This document shows positions 39,401 to 53,478 of a DNA stretch of 64,000 bases, piece by piece. The stretch's first letter is position 1, and each line of letters begins with the position of its first letter. The stretch is taken from the NCBI GenBank assembly GCA_951406725.2, contig OX597815.1:180420001-180484000 (forward strand). Direction: 5' to 3'. The notes below the pieces were generated by a model that saw only the letters and a list, made by a program, of their open reading frames with translations, had not been told where the DNA came from and did not search any database. Origin of the DNA: Octopus vulgaris (Eukaryota). A program made the position numbers and the translations under genes.

Positions 39401-40430
39401 GAGTGGCTGTGTGGTAAGTGGCTTGCTTACCAACCACATGGTTCCTGGTTCAGTCCCACTGCGTGGCACCATGGACAAGTGTGTTCTATTATATGTTTTC
39501 TAATTCATTTGACGTGTGTGTCCCTTCCATGTAAATTAAATTGCATTATTTTAGCTCTGCTTTAGGATATACAGTGTGTTGTTTCTTATCTGTTAAGCTG
39601 ACAACCTAGAAGATTTATTAGAATGGCTTTTATCATTTTGTTGTATCTGTTTACAGAGATGCCATGTAAACTGTTTGATAAGAGTTGTCTGTTTTGTATT
39701 TCAAAATAATCTACCTCTTTGTCACTGATTATAGAGTTTTGAAATTAAAAATGTCGCTCCTGAAAAAGCCTCACAACTTCTGGAATTCAACTTGTATGAC
39801 TTTAATTTAGTTTGGTATAGTGAAGAATTAATACTTTGTAAATAAATGAAGTCAATAGACTTAGATTATGGTGATAAAAGCATCATTTAGAAAAATATTT
39901 ATAAATGTAGGTAAAGAAAAAGACTAAAATATTGTTTAAAAACTGCATAAAAATAAAATAATGAGCAAAACTGAAAAATAATGGAATAGGTTTAAGAAAT
40001 TGAATTTTAGCTAAAACACACACACATATACACAAAGGCTTTTATTGGCCTAGGGTTATGGAAGAAGACACTTGCCTAAGGTGCTATGCAGTGGGACTGA
40101 ACCTGGAACCATGTGGTTGGGAAGCAAGCTTCTTACCACATAGCCACATCTGCAATTAGTGCTCAGTTGATACTTATTTTATCAACTTGAAAAGCATGGA
40201 AGGCAAAGCTAACCTCGGCAGAATTTGAACTCAGAATGTAAAGATGGACGAACTGCCATTCAGCCTTTCCTCTGACATGGTAACGTCCTGTCAGGCTGAA
40301 TGAGTGAAAATATCAAAAAGGATTTTTGATTGCCTAGACTTTAAACTGTTCATAAAAAATGCTTAAAAATTTCTTTGAAAATCTATAAAGATAAATTTTA
40401 CAAGTATTAAAATGTCTTATTAAAGCATCT

Positions 40431-40925
40431 GTGGAGGCGCAATGGCCCAGTGGTTAGGGCAGTGGACTCGCGGTCGTAGGATTGCGGTTTCGATTCCTAG
40501 ACCAGGCATTGTAAGTGTTTATTGAGCGAAAACACCTAATGCTCCACGAAACTCCAGCAGGGGGTGGTGGTGAACCCTGCTGTACTCTTTCACCACAACT
40601 TTCTCTCACTCTTTCTTCCCGTTTCTGTTGCACCTGTATTTCAAAAGGGCCAGCCTTGTCACACTGTGTGTTATGCTGAATTAAGGGTACATGTGTCTGT
40701 GGAGTGCTCTGCCACTTGCACATTAATAAATGAGCTGCGACATCACTGGTGCCAAGCTATATCGGCCTTTGCCTTTCCCTTGGATAACATTGGTGGCATG
40801 GAGAGGGGAGGCTGGTATGCGTGGGTGACTGCTGGTCTTCCATAAACAACCTTGCCCAGACTTATGCCTCGGATGGTAACTTTCTAGGTACAATCCCATG
40901 GTCATTTATGACCGAAGCGAGTCAC
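40431..40925 (+). mobile_element. tRNA-derived SINE family D (relative at 37520-37800, -)
   Basis: tRNA-like head TGGCCCAGTGGTTAGG...GTTTCGATTCC followed by a repeated body. Confidence 0.7.
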
Positions 40926-41494
40926 AAATATTAAAGCATCTAATTTCTTTAATGAAATAAATTAAAGTATTTGTAATTCTAAATACAGATTTTAGTCCTT
41001 CTTTATGTCTGTCCATCATTGAACTAATAATTTCAAAAGTGGCTTTTTATTTTGTTTGTAACTCACTTTTTAAAAATACCAGAAAATTATTCCCTTCTGT
41101 AAAAACCCATTTTTATAAGCACCAGCTCCTGTAACAAATTCTTTCTATATTTTTCTTTCAGGCATACATGAACCGCCCTGCCAATTTAGTTGCTAATGAC
41201 CTGAACATTACAAGGATGTACTAGTTTGTTTACCAGGAAATATGACCTGATATAATTGATCTACAATTATTTTACATAAATTACAGATAACCTTATTATT
41301 TTATCTGAATTTCAATTACAAAAACTTATAAACTTTGTCAAAACAACAGTTCGTAGTTACCAGCTTTTTAATAAACAAACTACAAAACCTGAACACATTT
41401 ATCTACATTCTCTTTTTTTTCTCTCTCTCTCACAAACTTAAAGCTGTGTCTGTCCATTCTATCCATTACTTTTTTGTTTTACCTTCATAAAACT

Positions 41495-41910
41495 TAAATA
41501 TTGAGATCTGTGGATCCTTTCAAAACAGCATTTATATTGATCACTTGAGTTAATGGGGAAGGGCATTTGTTAGGGAGCTTTTGGAAAAACCTAGACAGTG
41601 AGCAGAATGACCTTAACGAAACAGCCATTTTATCTCGATTAGGGAGCAAATATTTAAGAAAAAGTGGAAGTGGATTGGTAGCACAATTAGAAAAGACACA
41701 CCAAATGTAGCGCAAAGTGCTTTACAGTGGAATCCAGATGGATGTAGAAGGAGAGGTATGCCTAAGAACTCATGGCATAGATCAACACAAAAGGAACTAG
41801 AGAAAGGGGAACATTCATGGCAGAGTATAAGTACAGAAGCCAAAAATTATGCGACATGGAATTCAACTATAAGTGGCCTATACTCCACGTTGGAGGGTTA
41901 AAGGCATAAA
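41495..41910 (+). mobile_element. RTE LINE C-terminal fragment
   Basis: KWKWIG.TIRK....A..ALQWNPDG.RRRG.PKNSW remnant. Confidence 0.75.
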
Positions 41911-42679
41911 GAAAGAATTCATAAAACTTATTGGAATTTGAATATCACAGACATGTTAATGTGCCGGGAAAAATGCTTCCTGCATTTTGTTCATCTTTAC
42001 GTTCTGAGCTCAAATACTGCCAAGGTCAACTTCACTTTTCATCCTTTCTGGGTCAATAAAATAGGTACCAGTCATGTACTGGGTTGATGTAATAGACATA
42101 CTCCTATTCTGAAATTGCTGGCCTTGCGTCAAAATTTGAAATCAATATTACAGGCATGAGAGAACATCTTGGCAATTAGTCTTTTTCTCTCAGCATTCCT
42201 ACAATAATCTTAAATGCGTAAAACCTTATCAGGAATTTAAAGACCCTGCCTCTAGGAATTTTCCATTTCTAAATTATAGATTCAACAAATAACACCCTAA
42301 TTTTGCAATCATTTAATAATACTGCATGGCTGAAACAACAAGCAAATGTAATTCTCAGTGATTTAACATCGTCTACTTTAAAAGAGACAAAACCAGTTAA
42401 TTAACCTTTTCAATACATTAAGTTATAGCTGCTTGAATTATAATTGAGTTTCATGCTAATTATTATTCAAGTGATTAAAACAGCAAAGCAACATCACAAG
42501 ATATACCATAAGCAAAAATGTTTACAAACACATTGAAATACGATTTGCCAACAGTGCATTAAGATTGGATTGGTTGCCAAAAACCTAAGATAAGGAACCC
42601 ACACATGCATCTATTCGATTGTCATGAGAATATGTGACATTTTCATCTCTTCACAAGCAAACCTTGTTTTCTAGTTTTC

Positions 42680-42723
<44 letters not shown>

Positions 42724-42865
42724 ATATATAATGCATTTCTAAATCTTTCTGAGAGATTTAGAAATTTATTATTTCTATTTTTGAAATCAATGAATGTATT
42801 TCACTTGAATTACTATATTTTTACAAGGGCTAGATAGACATCGACAGCTAAGCAAGCCATGCTAC

Positions 42866-42908
42866 TCCAGACTGAAGACGAGAAACGACTCAGAAACTAG
42901 TCTCTGGA
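42866..42908 (+). ncRNA. Minimal type-I hammerhead ribozyme motif
   Basis: tccaga-CTGAAGA-c-gag(aaacga)ctc-a-GAAAC-TA-GTC-tctgga. Confidence 0.65.
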
Positions 42909-43073
42909 TGCTGGCTTTGCTGGGTGGGGGTGCTTGTCACCCCTTGTAAACATAAGGATACATGAAATGTGTCAAGGCCGACAGGAAGTGGTGCTGCTTC
43001 CTAGGGTTAAATAGCAGTAGCATTATTCCCTCTCATGAGACTGTCACATTAAGTTGACAGCATACAACTACTT

Positions 43074-43108
<35 letters not shown>

Positions 43109-43440
43109 CAATTGTCAAGTGGCAGTTGGGGACAAAGAGAGGTGCAGACACATACATACATACACACATACATACATACACACATACATACATACACACA
43201 TACATACATACAATGGGTTTCTTTCAGCTTCTGTCCACCAAATCCACTTGCAAGGCTTTGGTTGGCCTACGACTATAGTAGAAGACACTCGCCAAAAATA
43301 TCACTCAGTGGGACAGAACTCAGAGTAATGTGGTTGGGAAGCAAGCTTCTTACCACACAGCCACACCTGGGCCTAATTTGCTTATAAAAAGGGGGAAAAG
43401 GGGCATTAAAAAAACGAGAAAGAAAATCAAGTGTACTTAC

Positions 43441-43501
43441 TTTTGACGAAATATCGTCAATCTATGATTAATACTATTGAACAGGGAGCCTAGTAATCCA
43501 C
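43441..43501 (-). CDS. CLCN7: CLCN7 exon (61 nt, GGLLGSLFNSINHRLTIFRQK)
   Basis: GG.LG..FN motif; cag/gtaag sites; phases match. Confidence 0.95.
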
Positions 43502-45752
43502 CTGCAAATGGGAGAAAAGAAAAATAGGGGACATTTTATTTCAACATTATCATACAGTGATTTTGAAGTTTCAGTTTTTAAAAGTCAGATATCCTCTCAA
43601 ACATTAGCAATTTTCACCGATGAGGATTAGTTAAGCCAATGAGGGAGCCCTTGTGTGGATGAAATAGCAATCAAATCTCACTTAAATCATACAAAATAAT
43701 TTTTGAAAATGATGGTCACATTGGACAATGTAGTATTGGATCATCATCATCTATTGTCAATTTTCCATGTTGGCTTGAGTTTGACGGTTTGACAGGAGCT
43801 GGCAAACCGGAGTGCTGCATTGGCCTCTAATTGTTTATTTTGGCAAGGTTTCTAAGGCTGAATGTCCTTCCTAACTACCAGTCATCTCACAGTGTTCTGG
43901 GTGCTTTTAATGTGGCACCAGCACAGTTGCTACTTATGTGACACTATACTGCTAATATTTCTAAGAAACCCATTGTAACAAATGTTGCTGTACAACAACT
44001 GTTGTTATAAAATTTTAATGCACGAACAGAATGACTGATGCTAATCATCATCATTGTCGTTTAACATCCGCCTTCCATGCTGGCATGGGTTGGACGATTT
44101 GACTGAGAACTGGCAAGCTGGGAGGGTGTACCAGGCTGATTTGGTAAAGTTTCCACACCTGGAAGCCCTTCCTAACGCCATCCACTCAAAGAGTGTAGTG
44201 GGTGCTTTTTACATGCCACTGGCATGGGAGCCAGTCATGTGGCACTGGCATCGGCCATGCTCAAATGCCAGTGGTTGGCTAATGTGTGAGATTAATGTCC
44301 ATGTGACTAAGTGTTCAAATCACACTTCCACTACGTATATTGTTCTATTTTTAAGTAAAGCATGTACCTACTTTAGTATATTTGCATGAAAATTAAGTTT
44401 CACTTTCACTTTATAATTAAGAGCTCAGCAGTAGGAATAATGGTGTACAGCTGTAAAAATAATTGTGCCAATATGCAACAATGAAAATTTTTAGAAACTA
44501 TACCAACTACACAAGTAAGGGAAGAATAAAATATAAAACCAACCCAAAGTAAAACATTAATTTTGAAGTATTCAGTTTAACCCTTTCGTTACCAACCTGG
44601 TTGAAACTGCCTCCGGTTCGGTAGTACAAATGTCTTGTTTTCATAAGTTTTAAATTAAAATCTTCCAATAAAACCTTAGTCACAATTTATGTTCCTAACA
44701 CTAACTGAATGATAGCTAAGTTATTTTACTAAATTTTTTTGTTATATTTAAAATCAATTGAAAGAAACACAGAGCATCTCAGCAGAAATATGGTAACAAA
44801 AGGGTTTAAATATATAATAGAGAAACAATTCTTAACCCTTTTGATACCAACCTGACTGAAACCACCTCTGGCTCTGAGTACAAATGTCTTGTTTCATAAG
44901 TTTTGAATTAAAATCTTCCACCAAACCTTAGTCACAATTTATGTTCCTAACACTAGCTGAATGATAACTAAGTTATTTTACTAAATTCTTTGTTATATTA
45001 GAGCATCTCAAAATAAATACGGTAAAAAAATGGGTTAAATATGGCACTAAATAAAACAGGTTCATAATTATATGTAATAAAATATTAAGCATGTGTTTTA
45101 TTATATCAATTATGAATCTTCTCTGAATTAATTAAATCTTACACTTCTGTAATACAAAATAACTACAGCTTACTAAAAAAAAATAAAAAATAAAGCATTA
45201 ATAGTGCATAAAGAAATGAAAACGGATGCAGCTTGTATTAACCTATTTGTGCCGAAATTTTTCTAGTGAATGAAATTGCCTGAAAATTGACAGATTCTAT
45301 TATTTTGACCTAAATAACAACTGGAAACAATTTCATTGAAATCCGTTTGATGCAGACAGCATATGCGTTAAGAATGTTTCATTCTTTGATACACAATTCA
45401 CAATTTGTATCAAGTATTTGATTTATACCCTTGTAAATTAAGGGTCGGTTTAAATGGACGATCGGCATGAACGGGTTAAGAAGTTATGAGTGTATATATT
45501 ATACTATATGAGCCGGTAGAATCATTAGTTTAACGGTATTTCATTAGTATTCACATTCAAATTCCACCAAAGTCAGTTTTGTCTTTCATACTTTTGGGGT
45601 TGATGAAATAAGTACCAGCTGAATACTGGTGTCGAAATTGCTGGCTTTGTGCCAGAATTTGAAATTAATATATGTGAGTTTAATAAAATGCATTTTTTTG
45701 TAAAACATAACAGTTGACCTTCAAGTCAAACAATAACATTTTCTTTTTTTCA

Positions 45753-46190
45753 GAGATGAGGAATTATTTACATTATTTACATTTGACAGATATTTGTCCT
45801 CATCTTGTTGGTTGTTAACACGTTTCAGCTGATATACCCTCCAGTCTTCATCAGGTGCCTTGGGGGAAATTTCGAACCTCGGTTCTCATCCTAAGGTATT
45901 TTTATTATTATTATTGTTATTTAGGTCACTGCTTGGAATCGAACTCAGAATCTTGGGGTTAGTAGCCCGCACTCTTAATGAAGGATAGGAAAATATTAGA
46001 TTTATAAGCCCTAAAATTCACTCCATAATTGCCCACGGGCATATGGCATACTAACCCCAAGATTCCAAGTTCGATTCCAAGCAGTGACCTGATTAATAAT
46101 AATAACATTGAAAAATATCTGGAGGGGATATCAGCCAAAAAGTGTTAACAACAAACAAGATGAGGACAAATATCCATCAAATGTAAATAA
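45753..46190. mobile_element. Palindromic tRNA-head/hammerhead element with deletions
   Basis: Inverted arms; hammerhead core on - at ~45817-45858. Confidence 0.75.
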
Positions 46191-46231
46191 CTTATTTATA
46201 ATGAATTAATTTAGATAATGAATATACTCAC

Positions 46232-46286
46232 CAACTACTCCCATCAATATAAAAATTACTAATTCCTGACCAGAGTAATAATTAAA
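46232..46286 (-). CDS. CLCN7: CLCN7 exon (55 nt, FNYYSGQELVIFILMGVV)
   Basis: In frame; long poly-T acceptor, gtgagt donor. Confidence 0.92.
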
Positions 46287-46763
46287 CTGAAAAAAAAAAA
46301 AAAAACACACAGAAGGGTTAATAAATTGATGTGAAAACATAGACAAAGAAAGGCTTTATAATCTGGTAAATTTTCAATAATAAAACATGCCAAAGTAGAT
46401 AGTGGTTCTCAATGCAGTCGTCTTGTTCACCAGCTCCTGTCAACCTGTCCCAATCCATGCTAACAGGGAAGACGGATGATAAATTATGACAATGATAATA
46501 TTACTGATACATGGTGTAGATAAAACATTATAAAGAATTTATCAAGCTATTAATATACTCTCTTTTACTCTTTTACTTGTTTCAGTCATTTGACTGCGGC
46601 CATGCTGGAGCACCGCCTTTAATCGAGCAACTCGACCCCGGGACTTATTCTTTTGTAAGCCCAGTACTTATTCTATCGGTCTCTTTTGCCGAACTGCTAG
46701 GTAACGGGGACATAAACACACCAGCATCGGCTGTCAAGCAATGCTAGGGGACAAACACACACA

Positions 46764-46813
<50 letters not shown>

Positions 46814-48104
46814 TACGACGGGCTTCTTTCAGTTTCCGTCTACCAAATCCACTCACAAGGCTTTGGTCGGCCCAAGGCTATAGTAGAAGACACTTGCCCA
46901 AGGTTCCACGCTGTGGGACTGAACCCGGAACCATGTGGTTGGTAGACAAGCTACTTACCACACAGCCACTCCCGCGCTTATATAAGTTACCTTTTTTTTT
47001 ATTGTATCATGGGAGGGTCATTATGTCAGTAATAGCATTTTTATTTGTTTCAGTCATTGGACTGGCCATGCTGGGGCACTGGCATGGCCAAAATCATGCA
47101 AATCGGCCCCACTACTTATTTTTTGGAGTTTGGTACTTCAATTGGTCTCTTTCACCAGACGGCTAAGTTATGGGGATATAAACAAACCAACACTAGTTGT
47201 CAAGCAGTGGAGGGGTGACAAACACACACACATATACTCTAAACTAACAACACCAATACATGCCCAACTAATAACCCCCACCTTCCAAATAGAAACAGGC
47301 AATGACCAAAACAACAAGTAAAGAAACTGACCAGCTAAAGCATAACACCTTACATCTTTTTGAGCCCCTAAATAATTCCATTACAAAAAAATCTGGCACA
47401 TCCAGTTACCAAGTTTTTAAATATTGGACTAAACTTTGAACCTTTGACCTTTATGTTGTCAAAGCAAAGGATTAACCCTTTAGCATTTAAACCGGCCATA
47501 TCCGGCCAAAAGTATTCTGCTTATTTTATGTTCAAACTGGCCAGATCTGGTCTCTCATACCAACCCTACAATATCATCTTAAAAATTAACAACTACCTCA
47601 TCAAAATCTCATAACTACAAGATAATGCATGATTAGTTCAAAACAATGTGGATAACAAAGCATTAACTTGGGCAGAATAATGTGAACACTAAAGGGTTAA
47701 ATCCGATAAAACCAAAAATAACTAAAATTACTGACACATCCTGTATGTACGTACGTACGTACATACCTACCTCAGAAGACGCCCAAGGTATCGTGCAGTG
47801 GGACTGAACTCAGTACCATGAGGTTAGGAAGCAAACTTCTTACCACTGAGCCACACCTTGATTATTTTCAAAACTAAATGAAACACACACACACAGTGTA
47901 TATTGTTAGGATTATGATAAAGAAATGGTGAAGGAGAACACCAAAGAAATGTGTAGGAATAACAACGACAGGTCTCGAAATTTCGTATGAAAATTTGCTA
48001 ACCTGTATAACGAGTTCACCTATTGTAACAGGAAATTAGGTAAAAAAAATCTACGTTAGAAGGAAAAGAAAATTCAAATAAAAAAACAAAAAAATGATAC
48101 TTAC

Positions 48105-48215
48105 AGTAAATTTTCCAAAATTTATTAAACCTGGATATGTCAACTCCCAAGGATGTTGTTTTATATAACTTCGGACTATATTAAGTGTAAATGTTGACAT
48201 CATTGAACAGAAAAA
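48105..48215 (-). CDS. CLCN7: CLCN7 exon (111 nt, [37 protein letters not shown])
   Basis: STFTLN and PGLINFG motifs; cag/gtaag sites. Confidence 0.95.
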
Positions 48216-50109
48216 CTGGAAAAAAGAAAATTATATATAAGAATGTGTGTGATGGCATTTGAATTGAAAAGGAGAGAACTTTATAATCTTAATACATGAA
48301 TGTGTACAATGGTATTGCAGTTAAGATGCTGGAATCATAACCACCTGGTCGTTAGTTCAAAAAATTACTTCACCTGTTTTATTGTGCTTTTGAGCAGGGC
48401 ACATAACAATCAGTCCCAGCTTCCCTGATGGACAGGAAGCCCCCCCCCCCCTGTTTTTTACTTCAAAGTTGAACAGGTTATTGCTAAGGGCATCCAACAC
48501 AACTGCACAAGCAAGTTTAGTTTTCAATGGGAAATTTAATAGGAAAAGAGAAGCAAACGTTTACATGGGCTCTGCCCCCTTGGTTATGAAAAGAAATTTC
48601 ATAACAAATAGTAAGACTTGTAACAGGATGAAGGTCTCTGGAACACTTGAGGGGTGCCAGTCTTATCGTGATACATTCAATTATGTCGAAAGGAAAACTT
48701 TGACTATCTTCAACATCATCATCATCGTTTAACGTCCGCTTTCCATGCTAGCATGGGTTGGACGGTTCAACTGGGGTCTGGGAAGCCCGAAGGCTGCACC
48801 AGGCCAGTCAGATGTGGCAGTGTTTCTACAGCTGGATGCCCTTCCTAACGCCAACCACTCCAATATTTTATTTTGGTCTGGATTTGCAAATAAAGATATA
48901 TATACGTATATTTTTCTTCAGGACGAACCAGTAGCCAAAGCCATAAAATTATTCACAATAGTTAACTTGTGTGAGCCAAAATGCTGTCTCCGTTCTCGCA
49001 TAGAAGGGGGCTTCTTTACGTATTGGGTTTTCTTTGAGAGAACCTTGAGTCGTGTCCACTCGATTCGGCTGCAGCTTCTAGAAGACAGATCTAACAGGAA
49101 TACTTTCTGTTGGTAGTTCTCTGTGCATGTGCATGAGGGAACTTCCGGCGGCCTACTGGAAGCAATCAAACTCTGCGCATGCGTGCTGAAAACTTCCAAA
49201 ATAGCGTCACTACAGACTCTATGGAAAAACGAAGAAAGGTGAATGGTGCGTCAACCAATGAAACCAGTGATAAAGCGATTGTGACCGAGCATTGTTCTAG
49301 GTTTGCAGATCATTTGATACAGATATCTGAGAACCAACCTGCTGACAGAAGCACAGAGCAGACACCGTCTTGTGGCCAATGATGCGAAAAAAATGTCACA
49401 GCAAACCACCTTTTGCTATGTTCCATGAACCAGTAACATTCCTTGCTGATCAGAAGATATGATGCCATTTGTCCCTCTGCAGCTGGAGGATTTAAGACCT
49501 ATGATAGAAATGAAATGCAAAAGACCGAGAGCCTTGTTTCATACAAAACACAACAGACTATATCAGGGTTTGTGTTAAGTCACAGTCTGGTTGGAAATGA
49601 TGTCTATCATATTATTATTATTATTCTTATCTACTCTAGGCATATGGCCTGAAATTTTGGGGGAGGAGGCCAGTCGATTAGATTGACCCCAGTATGCAAC
49701 TGGTACTTAATTTATCGACCCCGAAAGGATGAAAGGCAAAGTTAACCTTGGCGGAATTTGAACTCAGAACATAGCGGCAGACAAAATACCTATTTCTTTA
49801 CTACCCACAAGGGGCTAAACACAGAGAGGACAATCAAGGACAGACAAACGGATTAAGTCGATTATATTGACCCCAGTGTGTAACTGGTACTTATTTAATC
49901 GACCCCGAAAGGATGAAAGGCAAAGTTGACCTCGGCAGAATTTGAACTCAGAACGTAAAGACAGATGAAATACCACTAAGCATTTCGCCCGGCTTGCTAA
50001 TGTTTCTGCCAGCTCACCACCTTATCATACTATTAACCACAGAATTATTAACCATAGTGCCAACAACCACCTTGAGCACCTTTTTGAGCTCCTTATGTCT
50101 AACACATGT

Positions 50110-50410
50110 GGGCATGCCTACAAAGTCAGAAAACAGCACAGTTCCCATGACTTTTGGAAAGATTTTTTTCACACTCAGAGTTGCTGAAACAAACTACCTG
50201 CATCAGTTGTTAGCTGATGAGACATTGCATCCTTTAAAACCTCCGTGCTTCTTGAAATTCACCAACACTACACCTCATATCCACCCAACTCCATGCCCAT
50301 GCACACACGTATATCATGACACAAACTCTGTTCACTTTCCTGACATTTGTACATAATCCTATGTTCTGTACGTGCACCTGAACACTGTACACAATAATTT
50401 TATTATTATT
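50110..50410 (+). mobile_element. CR1-like LINE 3' fragment (degenerate)
   Basis: Similar to 12290-12806. Confidence 0.7.
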
Positions 50411-50617
50411 ATATCAACAGAATATACTCTTACTCTTTTACTTGTTTCAGTCATTTGACTGCGGCTATGCTGGAGCACCGCCTTTAGTCGAGCAAATCGA
50501 CCCCAGGACTTATTCTTTAGAAGCCTATTACTTATTCTATCGGTCTTTTGCCGAACCGCTAAGTTACGGGGACATAAACACATGAGCATCAGTTGTCAAG
50601 TGATGTTGGGCACACAG

Positions 50618-50652
<35 letters not shown>

Positions 50653-50656
50653 CACA

Positions 50657-51634
50657 CACATATATACGACTGGCTTCTTTCAGTTTCCGTCTACCAAATC
50701 CACTCACAAGGCTTTGGTTGGCCTGAGGCTATAGTAGAAGACACTTGCCCAAGGTGCCATGCAATGGGACTGAACCTGGAATCATATGGTTGGTAAGCAA
50801 GCTACTTACCACACAGCCACTCCTGCACCTGGTTATATGATATATGGTTATATGATCTGAAGAAATTAAGAGGGATTAAAATGACACTGACATAAACTAG
50901 CTCTGCATGTAAAGTAGATATCCAATACAGGGCAGAGCAATATTGTTGCAACCAAACAAAAAATATTAAGTCATTTGGTGTCTGCATGAGAATTATTTTA
51001 AAAGCAAGGCCACTGATGTATATGACCAGTGGATCAAATACTTGAGAGTACAGACAGCTAAACAGGAAAAAAAAAAAATTACTTGATTGTTTGCAAGTAG
51101 GTGGCAGTGCATGGACAAAGGCAATTTGTGAAGTTGAATATGTGCACATATATACGACTGGCTTCTTTCAGTTTCCGTCTACCAAATCCACTCACAAGGC
51201 TTTGGTTGGCCTGAGGCTATAGTAGAAGACACTTGCCCAAGGTGCCATGCAATGGGACTGAACCTGGAATCATATGGTTGGTAAGCAAGCTACTTACCAC
51301 ACAGCCACTCCTGCACCTGGTTATATGATATATGGTTATATGATCTGAAGAAATTAAGAGGGATTAAAATGACACTGACATAAACTAGCTCTGCATGTAA
51401 AGTAGATATCCAATACAGGGCAGAGCAATATTGTTGCAACCAAACAAAAAATATTAAGTCATTTGGTGTCTGCATGAGAATTATTTTAAAAGCAAGGCCA
51501 CTGATGTATATGACCAGTGGATCAAATACTTGAGAGTACAGACAGCTAAACAGGAAAAAAAAAAAATTACTTGATTGTTTGCAAGTAGGTGGCAGTGCAT
51601 GGACAAAGGCAATTTGTGAAGTTGAATATGTGCA
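50657..51634. repeat. 488-bp tandem duplication
   Basis: 50657-51146 is repeated at 51145-51634; no difference seen by eye. Confidence 0.9.
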
Positions 51635-51744
51635 GCAAGACAAGCTGTAGTGACAAACAAACCATGGTGAAACATACTTTCAGGCAACAAACCACAGAAG
51701 AAAATACACCCAGGTAAACAATAAAGAAACAAGCCTAGATAATA

Positions 51745-52193
51745 TAGTTCTATATTTAAGAAAAATGAGAAATTATGTACATTATTTACATTTGACGGAT
51801 ATTTGTCCTCATCTTGATTGTTGTTAACACAACATTTCAGCTGATATACCCTCCAGACTTCATCAGGTGTCTTGGGGAAATTTCAAACTTGGGTTCTCAT
51901 TCCTAAGGTATTTTTCGATGTAATTATTATTATTATAATATTATTATCCACTATGTCATATGCCCGTGGGCATATGGCATAGTGGTTAAGAGCGCAGGCT
52001 ACCAACCCCAAGATTTTGAGTTCAATTCCAGGCAGTGACCTTAATAATAATAACATCGAAAAATACCTAAGGAATGAGAAGCCAGGTTCGAAATTTCCCC
52101 AAGACATCTGATGAAGGCTGGAGGGTATATCAGCTGAAACATGTTAACAACAAACAAGATGAGGACAAATATCCGTCAAATGTAAATAATGTA
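51745..52193. mobile_element. Palindromic tRNA-head/hammerhead element
   Basis: Inverted arms; tRNA-like head on + at 51968-52040; hammerhead cores on both strands. Confidence 0.8.
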
Positions 52194-52740
52194 AACACAG
52201 AGAAACACATACACAGATTACAAGCTAAATGTCCAAAAAAGAGAATAGTAGTAACATACACATGAATATAGACAACATTAGTTTCAAATTTTGGCAAAGG
52301 GCCAGAAATTTGAGGGAGAGGTGTTAAGTTGATTACATCAACCCCAGTATTCAACTGGTACTTATTTTATCAACCCTGAGAGGACAAAAGGCAAAGTTGA
52401 CCTTGGTGGAATTTGAGCTTAGAATGTAAAGATGGGCAAAATGTCAGTAAGCATTTTGCCCATCTGGCAGAACTGTTAACAGGCTGGGCAAAATGCCTTA
52501 TATTTAGACAATAATAAGGCAGGGAGCTGGAAGAATCAGAAACATGGTGGACAAAATGCTTAGCAGTATTTCTTCCAACTTTACATTCTGAGTTCAAATG
52601 CCATTAGGGTCAACTTTGTCTTTCCTCCTTTCATGGGCAATAAAATAAGTACCAGTTGATCACTGGGGGTCGATATAATTGACTTACCCACTTCTCTGAA
52701 ATTGCTGGCCTTGTGCCATGATTTGAAATCAGTTCTATGT

Positions 52741-53275
52741 GGAATCATGTGATCACACAAATACTTGAGAAATCACATTTATTCAACTACAAGTTCACAT
52801 AACAGCATAGGGAGTCACATGTTCACATAACATAGGGAATCACATGTTCACATAACATAGGGAGTCACATGACCACACAACATAGGGAGTCACATGTTCA
52901 CATAACACAGGGAATCACGTGTTCACATAACACAGGGAATCACGTGTTCACATAACACAGGGAATCGCGTGTTCACATAACATAGGGAATCGCGTGTTCA
53001 CATAAATTTGGGAGTCACATGTTCACATAACATAAGGAATCACATGTTCACATAACAGAGAGTCACATGTTCACATAACATAAGGAATCACATGTTTACA
53101 TAACATAGGGAGTCACATGTTCCCATAACAGCATAGAGAAGTCCTATTCAGACAACAACATAGGGAATCCCCTGTTCACACAACATAAGGAATCCCCTGT
53201 TCACACAAAACAGGGAATCCCCTATTCACACAACACAGGGAATTCCCTATTCACACAAAAACACTTGATTCACAT
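52741..53275. repeat. 25-bp minisatellite (cataacatagggaatcacatgttca)
   Basis: Visible period of 25, roughly 18-20 copies. Confidence 0.85.
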
Positions 53276-53319
53276 GCACTGATAAAAACTAGAGTCTAGA
53301 AAGCAAAGTGGTAACTAAC

Positions 53320-53478
53320 AATTTTCCAGGTAAGTGCCTGGTTCCAGAAGCTGGCCCCTTCCTCCAAGCTGAAGAGAACACCACCAACGGGGGCACCAAA
53401 AGCAGCAGCAACACCTGCAGCAGCCCCTCCTGACACAAAATCTCTCTTCTCAGTATCTGTACGGAAGAATTCAAATAC
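53320..53478 (-). CDS. CLCN7: CLCN7 exon (159 nt, [53 protein letters not shown])
   Basis: GAAAG..AAFGAP.GG.LFSLEE motif including the proton glutamate; cag acceptor, gttagt donor. Confidence 0.97.

Noticed and set aside
40433-40505. Possible tRNA gene
   Set aside because: Poor cloverleaf pairing and continuous with a SINE body.
52741-53275. CRISPR-like array
   Set aside because: Head-to-tail minisatellite with no spacers.
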